Below are positions 13,379-27,927 of a stretch of DNA of 64,000 bases, in pieces. How positions within the stretch are numbered: position 1 is the stretch's first letter; every line of letters starts with the position of its first letter. The stretch covers positions 12,958,001 to 13,022,000 of the forward strand of contig OX597820.1 of assembly GCA_951406725.2 (NCBI GenBank), written 5' to 3'. Under the pieces are notes generated by a model. It ran no database searches. It saw only the letters and a list, made by a program, of their open reading frames with translations, and had not been told where the DNA came from. Source of the DNA: Octopus vulgaris. Lineage: Eukaryota. The position numbers and the translations under genes are program-made.

Positions 13379-13682
13379 ATATTAGACCAGCACAAAACTT
13401 TAGCGGATCAAGTTGATAGCTGCTCAAAGAGTAAAAATCGTGAATTTGTCATCTTCTGTTTCTCCGCCTGACTTATGTATTCATTTGTAATAAAGAGGCG
13501 GAGGCTCAAACTGGAGACAGAGGTAATCGGTTTAACTGGTTCTCCTAACGGATTAGTGATTATTTTATTGACTGCAGAAAGATTAAACGTAATATCAACA
13601 CTGATTAGACTTGAACTCAGAATATAAAGGGGCGTAGAATAGTCTCCTTTCGCTGATCTAATTCTGCTCTTCGTATTTCTGT

Positions 13683-13935
13683 TATGTTACGTTTCGTATA
13701 ATGAAAATTGTTCGAAACAATTGTTCGAAAACAATTATTCGAAAAACAGATATTCGAAATAAATACCATTTGTGTACTTGATTTTTAATTTTATCATTTT
13801 TCTTGAAATAAAATGAAAAATTTAGAATAATTAACATTTCGTATAAGTGTCCGTTTGAATAATTTTCATTCATACAATTTTCCATTCGAATAAATGTTTT
13901 TCGAATAATTTTTTTTTCGAACAATGTTCTCATAC
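13683..13935. mobile_element. Foldback/MITE-like element with multiple internal TTCGAA repeats
   Basis: Left arm of ATTGTTCGAAA-type units (13705-13760) is mirrored by TTCGAATAA/TTCGAACAAT units (13850-13925). Confidence 0.55.
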
Positions 13936-15769
13936 TCCTTATGTTTATTTATGTAGTTAGTGTATGTATGAAAATGAAACGAACGATAACAACTGTGCAA
14001 ACTTACTAAAAAACATTAACGGTTTAATACCGATGGGTGACCTCAAACTTTATTCAAATTGTAACTCGGAGATTGATACTTGAACATTTTGTGAGAATGT
14101 TCAGCTGAGACAATACGATACAAAAGGATATCAACGATTATACAATGCTTATAGAAAAGAACGAAATCGGGTTATGAATCAAGTGAATTACTTCTTTAGA
14201 CAACAAAAAACTAAAATCCCTGAAGACAGACGAGATATATGAATACAAATCTATGGTATAGTGACTAGGACAGACACATGAAAAAGAAGAAAGAATTCAA
14301 TGAGGGAAAATAATTCTTGGATAAAGAATATACGGTAAACAAACTAAATAGTAATATTATCAGCCAAGGCACCAGAACTTGAGCAATGCCAATATTGAGA
14401 TAGTCTGCTGTATCTTCTTTTATGCATGTAAATCTACTAAAAGCAGAATAATAGATGCTACAAAAAAGTTGTAAAGACTATTCAGTGGGTTGTGTACACA
14501 ACGTAGTTTTGGTAAATTGTTTATACTGAGAGAAGAAAATAGAAGAGAAATAAGATTAGCAGACACAAAACTGTGGGCAAATATAGAACTGGAAGAAAAT
14601 ATGCTATGAAACGCAAGGAACCTTATTTAGGAAATAAGGATAATAAATCAAATGTCCATAAAGGCCAAAAAAAAAAACAAATAAAAGGTAAAGATCAAAT
14701 AAAAAGACGAAAAAGTGCTAGAATCACAGTTTCACATATAGCAAGAAGTATGTCTGAGAGAAAGATTTTTGAGCAAGAAAGAGAGTGATGGAGCTAGGGA
14801 GAGAGCTAGGGAGAGAAAGAGGGAGAGAGAGGGAGAGAGCTAGATCATGGCCACACAAGAACATCAATTAGAAGAATCTTTGTTAAAGCTAAGATAGAAG
14901 CCAGCAAAATATTAAATACCGAATGTGTAGAAGGTGGGGCATGTCTGTTTATCACACACACACACACTGGTATTGACACACACACACACATATATATATA
15001 TATTTATACACACACACATATATATATATATATATGTATGTATGTATGTGTGTGTGTATATATATATTAATTATATATATTGTTACATATTTAAATAATA
15101 TAAATTAATTTATGTGTGGCTTAAGTCTTTCATTGTTTGATTTGCCTAATAGTGGTTTTGTCTCTAATTTAATATAATATATATATATATATATATATAT
15201 ACATATGTGTGTCTGTGTATTTTTAGCCACACAGTGGTTAGTATGCAATCTAGATTCAAATTAAAATGAAAAATTCTTCAAAAAATAACGAAGCTGTTTT
15301 AGAAACTGAGTTTCGTCATGTCACATGGGATCTTTCCTTTTGCAAACTGTGCGGAATTTTGATCTGATAACAAGAAAAAAGTTAAGTCCAGAGATTTTGT
15401 TATGTAGCTTGCATTGCGGAGACGCTGGCAGAATCGTTTGAATATCAGATAAAAATACTTTGTTTTATTTGCTCCGCTCTTTACATTCTTAGTTCTATTC
15501 CCACTGATGTCTACTTTACCAACGGTTTTGAAGGAATGTGTAAGTCGATGGCTGGGGCGACGAAATAAGTGGTTGGAGTGAAAGCATCGGAGCATGAAAA
15601 TACGTTTCTAGTTTTATTGGTTTATTATTATTATTATAACAGTATTTGAAATAAATGATTGTAATTCGATTTGCAACTTATATAGCGGAGTTGTAAAAAC
15701 AGCTAAGGTGTTTTCTGTAATTATTGTAGGTAAAATTCGTATTGGCACTAAATAATAACAAAATAAATG

Positions 15770-16015
15770 TTCCTTCTCAAGCCATGCAAGGCTCATAAGG
15801 GCCGGTTTCCCGGTTTCAGTATCGTAGAAATTTACCCACCTGGATGGGACGCCGGACCGTCGCAGGGTTACTCATTTTTGCCAGCTGAGTGGACTGGAGC
15901 AACGTGAAATGAAACGTTTTGCTCAAGAACACAACGTAACGCCCGGTCCAGGAATCGAAACCACAATCTTACGATCATGAGTTCAATACCCTAACCACTA
16001 AGCCACGCGGTTCCA
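15770..16015 (-). mobile_element. tRNA-headed SINE related to family C, different 3' tail
   Basis: Reverse complement reads TGGCTTAGTGGTTAGGG...GTTTCGATTCC...GTTGTGTTCTTGAGCAAAAC...AACCCTGCGACGG...CCCATCCAGG. Confidence 0.75.
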
Positions 16016-16636
16016 CGTACTGGTACTATATCATAACATATCTTAATATGATTAGCCGATCGTTTTGTTATACTATGAAAATGCATACCATAAAAATTTA
16101 ATTCTTTACGCTGGTACATGCTCACACTTTGTAGCTGTTTAATCCTAATTCGTCCTTGATCAAACCGACTACCATCAGACTGTGCAGCTTTTTTGTTCAT
16201 TAAGATCACATTAGCCTATGAATCTTTCGCTATCGACAGCAAAGCGTTAGTAAAGTTTGACTAACAGAGACGAGTCTCTTCGATTACCTTATCGTACAGT
16301 GTGGTAGATAAATATTATCAAATATCATTAGTAGTTATCTAATCAGTAGTTATTTAATCAATATTGTAAATTCAGCCATACTGAATATCAACTCTGAGGA
16401 AAACGAGACACCACTCATTATCAAAAGTCCTGCTCATTAAAATATCTGACATCGACGCCGTTAATGAGAATAATTATTATCAAATATTATTTCATTGGCA
16501 AAATACGAAGAAAGTTCTTTTTGGTATCGCCTTTTACATTGCAGACATACGACTGGTAATTATTCTATCCATTACATCTGGTTGAAATGTAATTAAATAC
16601 CGAAATGAATTTTGTTCGTCGCTCCTTAGTATACTG

Positions 16637-16698
<62 letters not shown>

Positions 16699-16699
16699 C

Positions 16700-17127
16700 A
16701 CAGGGTGTTATGATCATAATATCTCAGCGAAAGAGTTTGACAAGCTCAGAAAATATAAAGACCTACTCATTGAAATTGAGAAAATGAGGCATCTCAAGGC
16801 GGTTACAATACCAGTGATCGTAGGAGCACTAGGAATGATCAAGAAGGGAACTGAAAATTATATGAGAATGATCCCTGGCTTACCATCCCTGCAAGAAGTG
16901 CAAAAGATTGTCTTAACTGGTACATCACACGTATTGAGAAGAGCATTGTCGATGTGAGAACTGTTGCTGCTCATGTATTTTAATTTAACTTAAAAAAAAA
17001 AAAATAAAAAATAAACGAACTACTGAGTTTGGTTTAATGGCCTACCAATGTATGCTATGAGTTTCTTTGCCCTAGGAGTCGGGAAGACACTCGGCAAGAA
17101 ATGGAAGCAAATGTGAAAGAAGAAAAA
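16700..17127 (+). mobile_element. 5'-truncated R4/Dong-like LINE 3' end inside (AAT)n
   Basis: Translates to ISAKEFDKLRKYKDLLIEIEKMRHLKAVTIPVIVGALGMIKKG...GTSHVLRRALSM*. The 3' UTR resembles that of 43083-46017. (AAT)n on both sides. Confidence 0.85.
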
Positions 17128-18180
17128 AATAAATAATAATGATAATAATAAGTCCATTTTGAGGCTTCTAGAGGTGACTGACGGTTGTAAAACTACTTTT
17201 GAACTCAGATGATAGTTCATCCTATTATATCTAAAATGATTGGGATTGAAACTTTATTACCTAATTCCCGAGGCAGTATAAGGCAAAATAATTCAATTAA
17301 ACAGGAAATGTAATGAACAAAACACGGTGTTCGCGGGCTTTTAAATCGTTCTTTCAATTACTACTACACTCATTAGAGCTAAGATTTTGGCACCAGTTTT
17401 TCAGTTAATTATTTACTAATTACCGAATGAATGTTATTTCACATTAGTTCTTATCTAAATAGATTTCTGATGTGATTTAGGGCACAATAACTTCGGCAAT
17501 CTTTAGTAATTCTGCACCAGGTGGCGTGTGTCACCTGGTTCAGAAACACTAATTACTAATTGAGCTACTTTTCCAGGTAATCTTATTTGCCCTATTTCGT
17601 ATATTCCTTTCATTTTGCAATTTGAAGACCAGGTCATCTGCGTACAATCAGATGCAATCCATGGTGAAATATTTATTTAAAAACGGCTAAGAAAGTTCCA
17701 AAACACCGTTATATCTTTCAAAAAATAAATTGAAATTACCCGAGGCACGAGGCAGGTGTAGGAAACAAAGAAAACTACCTTGCATCAAGATATAAAACAT
17801 TGAAACAGTGATACACATTTATTCGGTTAGTGTATCTCATATGATATTTACAACTCACAACATATAAAAACCTACGTCATCCCATGATAATACAAAATGT
17901 GTGTAAATGAAATTTAATTTACTGCAACAGTAATAATTAATTCTTATATTGCTGAAAATCCATATAAATCATATCGCGTGTGTATGTGAATGTGCGTAGA
18001 GTCAATTAAATCAACCCCAATACATGGTTAGCGATTATTGTACAGTCTCCAGAGGGATGGCAAAACAACTCGAAATTCTGCTGCATTTAACACAGAGAAC
18101 GTAAAACAACATAAATGTCACAAAAAGTATTTAGACCAACGATTTGCCAGTTCTGTAACAATCTGAATAATATCTTTTCA

Positions 18181-18575
18181 CTAGCAGTATCGCCCGGCGT
18201 TGCTCGGGTTTGTTTCGACCCTTTAGAATTGGAAGTTTTGAAAAGTGAAACTTTTGCATTATGTAGCTTATTATTCTCTTTAAGTGAACATTTTTCTGAT
18301 TGAAAAACACCGAAAAATGGCGACACAGCAGTCAAAAAATCGTGAAAAGTAGGGATTTTCATAGAAAAAAAAGCACCTTTTGGATGTAAATAATTTTTGG
18401 TGTTAACATGGTCCAATTTGAATTGTCTCTTCTACGGAAGGAAGAGCGAGCCTTCTTCTATCATACTCTCAATTTTGGTCAACTTGCGCCGCAGGGTCTC
18501 GGAGAAGATAGTGTTAGTTGAAGGCTACCAAACCTGCCATACACAGACAACTTCGGCTTTATATATAGAGAGAGA
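18181..18575 (-). mobile_element. Non-autonomous Helitron
   Basis: Minus strand starts 5'-TC and ends with hairpin CCCGAGCAACGCCGGG plus CTAG-3'. Inserted between A and T with no target-site duplication. Confidence 0.85.
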
Positions 18576-19118
18576 TTAGGAACAATGCTAATTTTGTGTC
18601 AGCTTGGCGGTACACTTGCCAGAATATTCGTCGGAATACTACCCGCACTTCTTCTATCGATCCTATGGAAATCAGAACTTATTACAGTAATTCTCTGAAC
18701 TAAATGTTGCAAACATCTGTGTTGGTATTCTACCGTGTTATCCTCAAAAAAAAAAGCCATTACAATTTCAAAAAAAAAAGAAGTAAATTAATACAAGTAG
18801 CATAAAACAATAAAACTAAGATAAAGAATGAAAAACACAGGCGAATGAATGATAGTAAACGAAATACAAAAGTAAATGAATACTAAAATTTCAATTAAAA
18901 ACCACTCTAAAATTAAGCAAACAATGGAACAATAAGAAATAAAAAAATGGAGTTTAAATGTGACAAGATGATGTCTAGCAAAAGTGATCAATCACCAAAC
19001 AAACGACAGGTCGAACTGCTCGGAAAGTGTAAAAATACAATAGAAAGGAAATAACATCTCTCCAACCAATCAATATCTATTCGATAGTGATGTAATATTG
19101 CTGGTGAATAACGACTTT

Positions 19119-19159
<41 letters not shown>

Positions 19160-19328
19160 TTTATCCTGAAATGTGTTTGTCGTTATGAGAACACCATCGA
19201 TTCACTACGACCGCGACGACGATTATTAGAATGAAGATGTTATGAAAGAGCCTTTTTTTACGTGGGAGGGTGCTTAGTGTCCTACACAAAACAAACAAAT
19301 CTCAAATTCCACCATTCCTTTCATACAA

Positions 19329-19715
<387 letters not shown>

Positions 19716-19870
19716 TGGTTTCAGATTTTGTGACAAAGCTAACAAGTTCGGGGGTAAATCGGTTAATCGACCTCAGTGCTGAAATCGAAATTATTTTTAT
19801 CGATCTCGAAAGGATGAAAGGCAAAGTCGACCTCAGCAAAATTTGAATTCAAAACGCACGAAATGTCACT
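19716..19870 (-). mobile_element. SINE family B, diverged
   Basis: CGAAAGGATGAAAGGCAAAGTCGACCTC core in reverse orientation. Confidence 0.7.
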
Positions 19871-20061
19871 ATTCCGTAGCAAGACCGCTGTACTAGACGT
19901 TTACGACTTTGGGAATCTTAGTGTACAAAGTAGCTGGAGATACGATAGTTCGATCCCCACCCACCCCCAAAAAAACAGGCTATTGCATGCAAAAATGAAC
20001 ATTGAAATAAAAACGCACTTGCCAAAATTTGAACATACGACAGTTTAGCATAATAGCAACG

Positions 20062-20113
<52 letters not shown>

Positions 20114-20428
20114 GTGTTGTATCTGTGTGTATGTCTGTATACGTCCTCGAGTCGTAGCGTTTCGGAGAAAGACAATGATAATATTAAAACAGGCTTAGAA
20201 AGAACATAAGAACAGAACTCGATTCATTCAGGGCGGTTCTCCAGTATGACTAAAACAAGTGAATGGTAAAAGCGGTACGAAAAAACAATATTCTTCCTGC
20301 CCATAGATAATAGCATTTTGTATTGTATATTATTTACATATGCATATTATAGTTTGTCAATGGATGTAAGTAGTTCAAGTAACTAAAGTAAGTGCCTTAA
20401 GGAAGCCTAAACTTACTTTATATATCTA

Positions 20429-20825
20429 CTAGCAGTATCACCCGGCGTTGCTCGGGTTTGTAAGGGAAATAACTATATAAGCATTTTTAGAGATGTAAAG
20501 TATAATAGCCATCTCAATATGGCTAACCACAAAGGGGGAGGTTACTTTAGCTTTTTACGTTCTGAGATTTTATAATACATTTTTAGAGAGTTACTTCCCT
20601 TATATATGCCAAAAATGCATTAAAAATGGGAAAAATTGATGGTAAATTTTTTTTTAAATCGTAGACTCATCGTAGACGCGCGCTAATACCCAGAAGGGCT
20701 CGATATGAATCACGACTATAAGATACTCGGTTTTGGTTAAACTGCATCGCAAAATGTGGGAGTAGTTAGGAATCTAAATCGTAGGAGACAGACAGCACAC
20801 AACCTCACTTTCATATATATAAAGA
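20429..20825 (-). mobile_element. Non-autonomous Helitron, second subfamily
   Basis: Same 3' hairpin plus CTAG and 5' TC ends as 18181 but a different interior, which matches 52267-52675. Confidence 0.85.
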
Positions 20826-20898
20826 TTACATATTTCTAGTATATATCATAACAGTACATTGTTTTAAAGTTCATGTAGAATATATACTACACGTTAAA

Positions 20899-21110
20899 AG
20901 GCGGCGAACCGGCAGAAATGCTATCACACCAGGCGAAATGCTCATCGGTTTTTCGTCTGTCTTTACATTCTGAATTCAAATTCCGCCGAGGATTTTCTCA
21001 TCTGCCTTTCATATTTTCGAGGTCGATAGATTAAGTCCCAGTTGCGTACTGGAGTCGATCTTATCGACTGGCTCCCTTCCCAGATATTTTGGATCTTGTT
21101 TCTTGAGTAC
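20899..21110 (+). mobile_element. SINE family B, diverged
   Basis: Head AGGCGGCGAACCGGCAG and core TTCAAATTCCGCCGAGG. Confidence 0.75.
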
Positions 21111-21399
21111 GTACAAAAAAATATATACTACACATTAACAGTCTTGCTTCTGAATATCGTCCATTTACTTTTACCAGATCTTTTATTTGGGTGAAATAAA
21201 ACACAGAAGCTTGTCGTTGTTGTTGTTGTTGTTGTTGCCGTTTTGCTCCAGATCAGCTCCGACCGAGTCGAACTATGGACAAAAATATTTCAACTGTGAC
21301 CATTGGATGGTTTATGCATTGTCCTAAGGATCATCCCCTTACATATAATAACTAGGATGCTCTGAGGATTTGAGGAATTTGGCTACTGTCTTCTTTCAT

Positions 21400-21818
<419 letters not shown>

Positions 21819-22001
21819 CGATGTCAAGCAACCTGAGCAAAATACGTTATAGATTCGAGACAAAATTAACAAATTGAACACCAATTTTATTGCCATCGAC
21901 TCAATGCCTTTGCCACCCATCTATTTATTCCATGCTTTCATTTTCTTATATTGCAGTTTTATTTCATGAGGTTCACATATGTTACGTGATAAAAGTGAGA
22001 C

Positions 22002-22041
<40 letters not shown>

Positions 22042-22389
22042 GGGGAGAGATAGAGAGAGAAAGAGAGAGGGAGAGAGCTGTTCTATTTACAATAACAAGA
22101 CGTCATCATAATTTATTGTTTCTGAGTAGAGACATGAATAGACATGCCACAACGAGAGAGAAAATATCGATTTTTAACGAAGGTACATAAGTAAAAGTAT
22201 TTTCGGAGTGTTTGGACCGTAAAATAAATGGTATCGATCTCAGTAGCTGACTGGTGATAATTCTATCGACCTGTTAAAGAAAAACTCTTCGTCGGGATTT
22301 GAACACATGATATGCCTCCTATACTGTGGCTCTACTGATTCTTACATCACCTACACACAGCCATGCACACGCACACTCACTTTTCATTA

Positions 22390-22585
22390 TCTTTTGCTTT
22401 TTATCTGCTCTTGCCATTGGGCTGCGGCCATGCTGGTGCACTGTTTTGAAAGGTTTAGTCGCTGGTATTTGTTCTGCAGTTCATTTTTGCTATGCTTGAT
22501 CGCAAAATTATGGGAGCATAACCAAACGAATACCGGATGTAAAGCTGTTTTGGTTTGTTTACGCAAAGGTATACACACACACACG

Positions 22586-22629
<44 letters not shown>

Positions 22630-22795
22630 ACATGCATCCGCACTGTCTCCGTCTAAAATATTCACTCCCAAGGCATTGGTCAGCCGGAAGCCATAACAAA
22701 AAATTGCTGAAAGTGACGTGTAGTGAGACTTAACTCGCAAAGTGAGTGGTTGAAAATTTAGCTTCTTAATCTTTTAATCTCGCAGTTATGTCTGC
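22390..22795 (-). mobile_element. SINE family A, old diverged copy
   Basis: GCTGCGGCCATGCTGG tail and TCCGTCTA...CACTCCCAAGGCATTGGTCAGCC head in reverse. Confidence 0.6.
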
Positions 22796-22895
22796 GCTGA
22801 TCGTTGTTTAAATATAGAAATAAATGTGGGATATATAATTTATTGAAAAAAAAAAACCTGCATTAATTATGCACCAACCCATTACTATCGCAGAT

Positions 22896-23108
22896 AAGGC
22901 GACGAGCTGGCAGAATTGTTAGCACTCTGCACGAAGTGCTTAGCAGTATTTCGCCCTTCGCTAACTTCTGAGTTCGAATTCCACCGATGTCGAATTTATC
23001 TTTTATCTTTACGGAGTCAATGAAATAAGTACCAGTTACACACTGGCGTCGATGTAATCGACTCGTCCCCTCCCCCAAAATTGTTGCCCTTGTGACAAAA
23101 TTTGAAAC
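22896..23108 (+). mobile_element. SINE family B, diverged
   Basis: AAGGCGACGAGCTGGCAGAATTGTTAGC head and ATAAGTACCAGTTACACACTGGCGTCGATGTAATCGAC core. Confidence 0.8.
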
Positions 23109-25327
23109 CATTACTATCGCTGACACGACCAATACCATCTCCTTACTGTAACCATCATCATCACCGCCATTAAGAAAGATATAAGAATTTCACACGTATT
23201 CTGACATAGAAATTTAATCACATTATCAGTTGTTTTGAAAGCAAACGGAGGAATGTAATGGAAAAAGGTTCTCTCGGCTCAAGGCATTTCATTTTCATTT
23301 GTGTGTAGTTTGATTGACGAGGTGCTGTGCAAAAGTTGAGACAATGTCGACATTTTCGAAGACTGTGATTACGCTGATCGATAATAATTACATTTTACGC
23401 AGGGAGTGAATTCGCTGTCACCAAATTCCATGAACCGCTTTTCAATCAAATAATTTCAGACGAACGAAAGAGGATTGACGGGGACATAAAACATCGAGAA
23501 GATAAAGCAAGGGAGACGTGCCACTAGACGAAATCACAATTTCAATTAACTTTGCGCGAAGATGACGGACGACGAATGACATTGAGAAGGCGTAAATAGG
23601 CCGAATCAGATCCGAGTTTCTGTATTCCGTCAGGTTTGAAGTGAAACCGAATTACATGTAAAATGGAAAAACACACATTGAGCTTTAAAGATAAAGCTTA
23701 TCACCATCCTTTGATTGCATTCAGTGATGTCACCAAGTGACATCGTTTTGAGCAAATGGAAGGGGCATTAGTTATACCCTGCTTTTAATTAAATTATGAA
23801 GAAATATCGCTGTAGTTGTTAATATTGCTGTCATTTAAAGTCACGTATCATTTCATCTCGCAGATCTATGAAAAAACTACTTTCCATCGATTCTCAAACT
23901 TTATGATCATGGCGATGATGTACAGCAATAATTTGTGTTATATCCTTTCCGAAAGGTATAATTTTTTTTTAAATGTTATTCCTTGAAAATCGAGCTATCT
24001 TCTAACGACTATACACAAAAATTTACATCGTTCGCATCAGCGGTAAAAAGTAGCAGTATTTGAAATTCTCTCGCCTATATACACACGGTGAGACAAACCA
24101 GTTCAAATGTATGAAATCAATAGAAACGAAATGTCAATATATTCAAGTGCCATTCTTCTTCGCTTCAATTCACATACACGTGCTCTTCACTTGAGACAAT
24201 TTAAAACTCTAAGAGTTTATGCAAACCAAAATTCAAACGCAAAGTGGTCTGGTAATGAAAATTATTATGCAATTTGAACAAGAACGTATTTCGGTTGAAA
24301 CTTATATATGCGTTTTTGTGTAAGTCTACGAGAGAATATGCATACATATCCGCTATTAGTTTGTTTATGCACTTCAAGTTAGATTATTTGTTTTATATTT
24401 CATTGCATTTTATTTCACAGACATATTTTTTACAGTCAATTGAAAATTAGAATTATATAGTGCATGGCTTAATTTTAATTTTCTGCTGTTATGTTAATAT
24501 CCCTTCTTGTCTACTAAAATTCATACACACACACAAAGCGCATCAATTCATAAGCATATAAATTCATAAAAAAATATTGTAAACAAAATATGGTGAAATC
24601 CCGACGTAATCCAGGATCGTAATTCAAAGGTATCTAAGTTGTACGATAATGAGAGAATTAAGGTTCTCCTATGAATCTATAAGGTAAACACGAAAGGTTC
24701 GCGTGAGTATAAGATAATCAATCAAAAACCTACAAATAACAAACAACAAAAAATAAAAAAATAAGTACAATGAATGTCCACAGCTAAGATTATACTGATG
24801 CTCTTAGAAGAAATACAGTTATAGAGAAATAATTATAACGTTTCGAACATATTTTATCGGTTACTAAAGTTTCTTTATTAGTCAGACAGGGCCGAATACA
24901 GAGGGGACAAAATACAAAGTATAGCTTTTCTTTTCGAAAATAGAAAAAAAAGGAGAAAAATAAAATTGCAATCAAAAGGGATCGTGAAAGTCCCAGAAAG
25001 ACTGGGACGATAAGGAAAAGGAGAAAAGTGATAAGAATCCAGACCCTAGATCGAATGCACATCAGTTATGTTCACACGCTCAACTTCTGTAAAACGAAAT
25101 GTATTGAGTCACATTCATACAGTTTAAACACGTAAATTTACTATTCTAAAATTCGACAAGATTTCCTAATAACTCGCTATATATATTTCAACATAACACA
25201 AGCCTACAAATATACACACACTCACTCATACCTACAAAAACAAATGTACACAAATATGCACATAAGGTAACTAAAACACAACCACTCTAGTATACTGTTA
25301 TATCGCAGATCTACCCAACCCAACCCC

Positions 25328-25594
25328 CATAGCGTTGACTGTGGGCTGGTAGCTGTGTACAGTCGCCCCAATGGCGCCCCCGGAACGAGCTCTGGTTGCC
25401 ATTAGGGCGACTGTGGGCTGGTAGCTGTGTATAGTCATTCCAATGGCGCCCAGAGCTAGCTCTGGTTGCCATAGCGTCGACTGAGGGCTGGTAGCTGTGT
25501 ACCCCAAGTAAGGCATGTGTAAAATTTGAATGAAATTGGTTGTGTAGTTCTCAAATTTTAGGGAAACAGATAGACAGACACACTCACATTCTCA

Positions 25595-25600
<6 letters not shown>
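25328..25600 (-). mobile_element. Probable non-autonomous Helitron 5' portion with about 70 bp internal tandem repeats
   Basis: About 2.5 copies of a CATAGCGTTGACTGTGGGCTGGTAGCTGTGTA... unit, followed by AAATTTGAATGAAATTGGTTGTGTAGTT...ACAGACACACTCAC...TTTTATATA, similar in layout to the Helitron 5' ends at 18575 and 20825. Confidence 0.5.
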
Positions 25601-25649
<49 letters not shown>

Positions 25650-26491
25650 ATGTATGTATATGTATATGTATGTATGTATATATATATAACTTATATAACG
25701 ATTTTATGGCATGCGTGTTGGCGTGTATGTATGAATGTAGGTATACGTGTACGTATGTATGTGTGAATGCGTGTGTGTATATCCGAAGTGATTAAACCTA
25801 TCAAAAGCCACTGTAATAACGAAATACAATTGTGATGGCTTCATCATTTTAAAGCGTGCAGAGAAGAGAAGAGAAATGCTTTTAACAATTCAGAGTAAAA
25901 ATTTTCATCTCAAAGGAAAGTTAGGAGAACGAGAGGGAAAAAAATTGAAAGAGAAAATGTGAAAAGAGGAAGCAATTGGAAAGTGAAAACATTGATAGAG
26001 AAAAAAGAATAAGGAGCGAAGAGCTGCGTGTGAGCCTGAGCCAGTTTCATCTTAGTAAGTGACTTTGAAATAGACCAGAATGGCTTTTCATCAATTGAAG
26101 AGGAAAACAGGGGAGATAATGGGTGAGACCGGATTAGATCTGTGTATTTGCTAAGTGAGTGTGTATGTGTGTGTGCACTAAAAAGTGATCGCGTGCTGAA
26201 GTCAGAAAAATGTGTGCGTATGCATATGTGTTTCTTAGCCATTCTAGTTGGAAGTGAGAGCGTAGCATGTATTTTGCAAGGTTTGGTTGTGTTTGTATAT
26301 TGTATGCGTGTATAGGTGTATGCATGCATACACGTATATGAAGATTGTATGTGCATCTCGCTTGCATGTTTGTACATTGTGTAATTGCATGTGCGTGTGA
26401 ATGTCTATGTTGTTGTTAGGACGTATGCATGCGTATGTTTGTTTTTAAGCTAAATATGCATAAATGTGGGTATCTGCGAGTATTTTGTATA

Positions 26492-26698
26492 TCTTTTACT
26501 TGTTTCAGTCATTTGACTGCAGCCATGCTGGAGTACCGCCTTTAATCGAGCAACTCGACCCCGGGACTTATTCTTTTGTAAACCCAGTACTCATTCTATC
26601 GGTCTCTTTTGCCGAACCGCTAAGTAACGGGGACATAAACACACCAGCATCAGTTGTCAAGCAATGCTAGGGGGACAAACACAGACACACAAACACAC

Positions 26699-26769
<71 letters not shown>

Positions 26770-26933
26770 ACGACGGGCTTCTTTCAGTTTCCGTCTACCA
26801 AATCCACTCATAAGGCTTTGGTCGGCCCGAGGCTATAGTAGAAGACACTTGCCCAAGGTGCCACGCAGTGGGACTGAACCCGGAGCCATGTGGTTGGTTA
26901 GCAAGCTACTTACCACACAGCCACTCCTGCGCC
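26492..26933 (-). mobile_element. SINE family A, full length
   Basis: Near-identical reverse complement of 3594-4027. Confidence 0.92.
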
Positions 26934-27406
26934 TATGTGTCTGTGTATGTTAGGTGCAACTCTGTCCGTCGTATTTGTCTGTGTGTTTGTAAGTGCGCTA
27001 CGTTTAATGCGTGTAGATGTGTGTTAAATGAATGTGTTGCATGGAGCGTGCGTGTGAGTTTCCGTGTGTGTAAGAGCGTGTTTGTGTGTTAGTGAGTGAC
27101 TGAGCACGCTTGAGCTTGGTTATCACTAGATTGGGTGTGTGATTTTGATTTTAGATTCTTTGTTAACATAATGCAAGTAGAAGAATTACTTTCGTGCGTG
27201 TTTATTATGTGTATATTTTGAGAGACACGTTTATGTATTGTGTGTATGTTTAGTCAACTTCTTTGATTAGTGTATACGCTGTCTTTCGGTGTGTTTTGAG
27301 AGTGCATGTGTTTGAAGTCTAAATGTGCGTGTGTTCTATATGTGCAAGTAATATATAGCAGTATGTATTCTATGTGTGTGTGTGGGTTTGCATTTATGCA
27401 AATGTA

Positions 27407-27927
27407 CCGTAAATCCTCGAGTATACTCCGCCCTTGAGTATAATACGCAGGGGATTTTTATGGGGCTGTACCTCTGAAAAACCTAAACCTTTTGTATAAT
27501 ACGCACCCCTTCTCTAACTTGAGTCAAAGAGGTCTATATAACGTCCTTGGTTTGTAAAACTATATACGGTAACGTCCTTTATTATTATTGTATATATAAC
27601 ATAATGCAAACGTGTAGCGTTTTTGTGCATTTTGTTTGCAGAAAATAAAGAAATAACAGTAATAACAGTAATAACGTTTAATAAATGTTGCTTACTGCAA
27701 GTTATGGACGATTCTTTTATGACTTCATAGCTTTCTGACTTAGCTTAAGGTATTTTCGCGTCCGACATCACAAAATGCGTCTGAATAACGATTGCCGGAC
27801 AGCAAATAGAGACTCGGACATTCCTCAAAAAATAATTTTCATTTTTAACCTCGTATATAGTCCGCACTAGGGATTTTTACCTTTAAATTGTGGGGGGAAA
27901 ATGCGGATTATACTCGAGGATTTACGG
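27407..27927. mobile_element. MITE (Tc1/mariner-pogo type)
   Basis: Terminal inverted repeats CCGTAAATCCTCGAGTATA / TATACTCGAGGATTTACGG, TA on the left, and subterminal repeats GTATAATACGCA. Confidence 0.85.
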
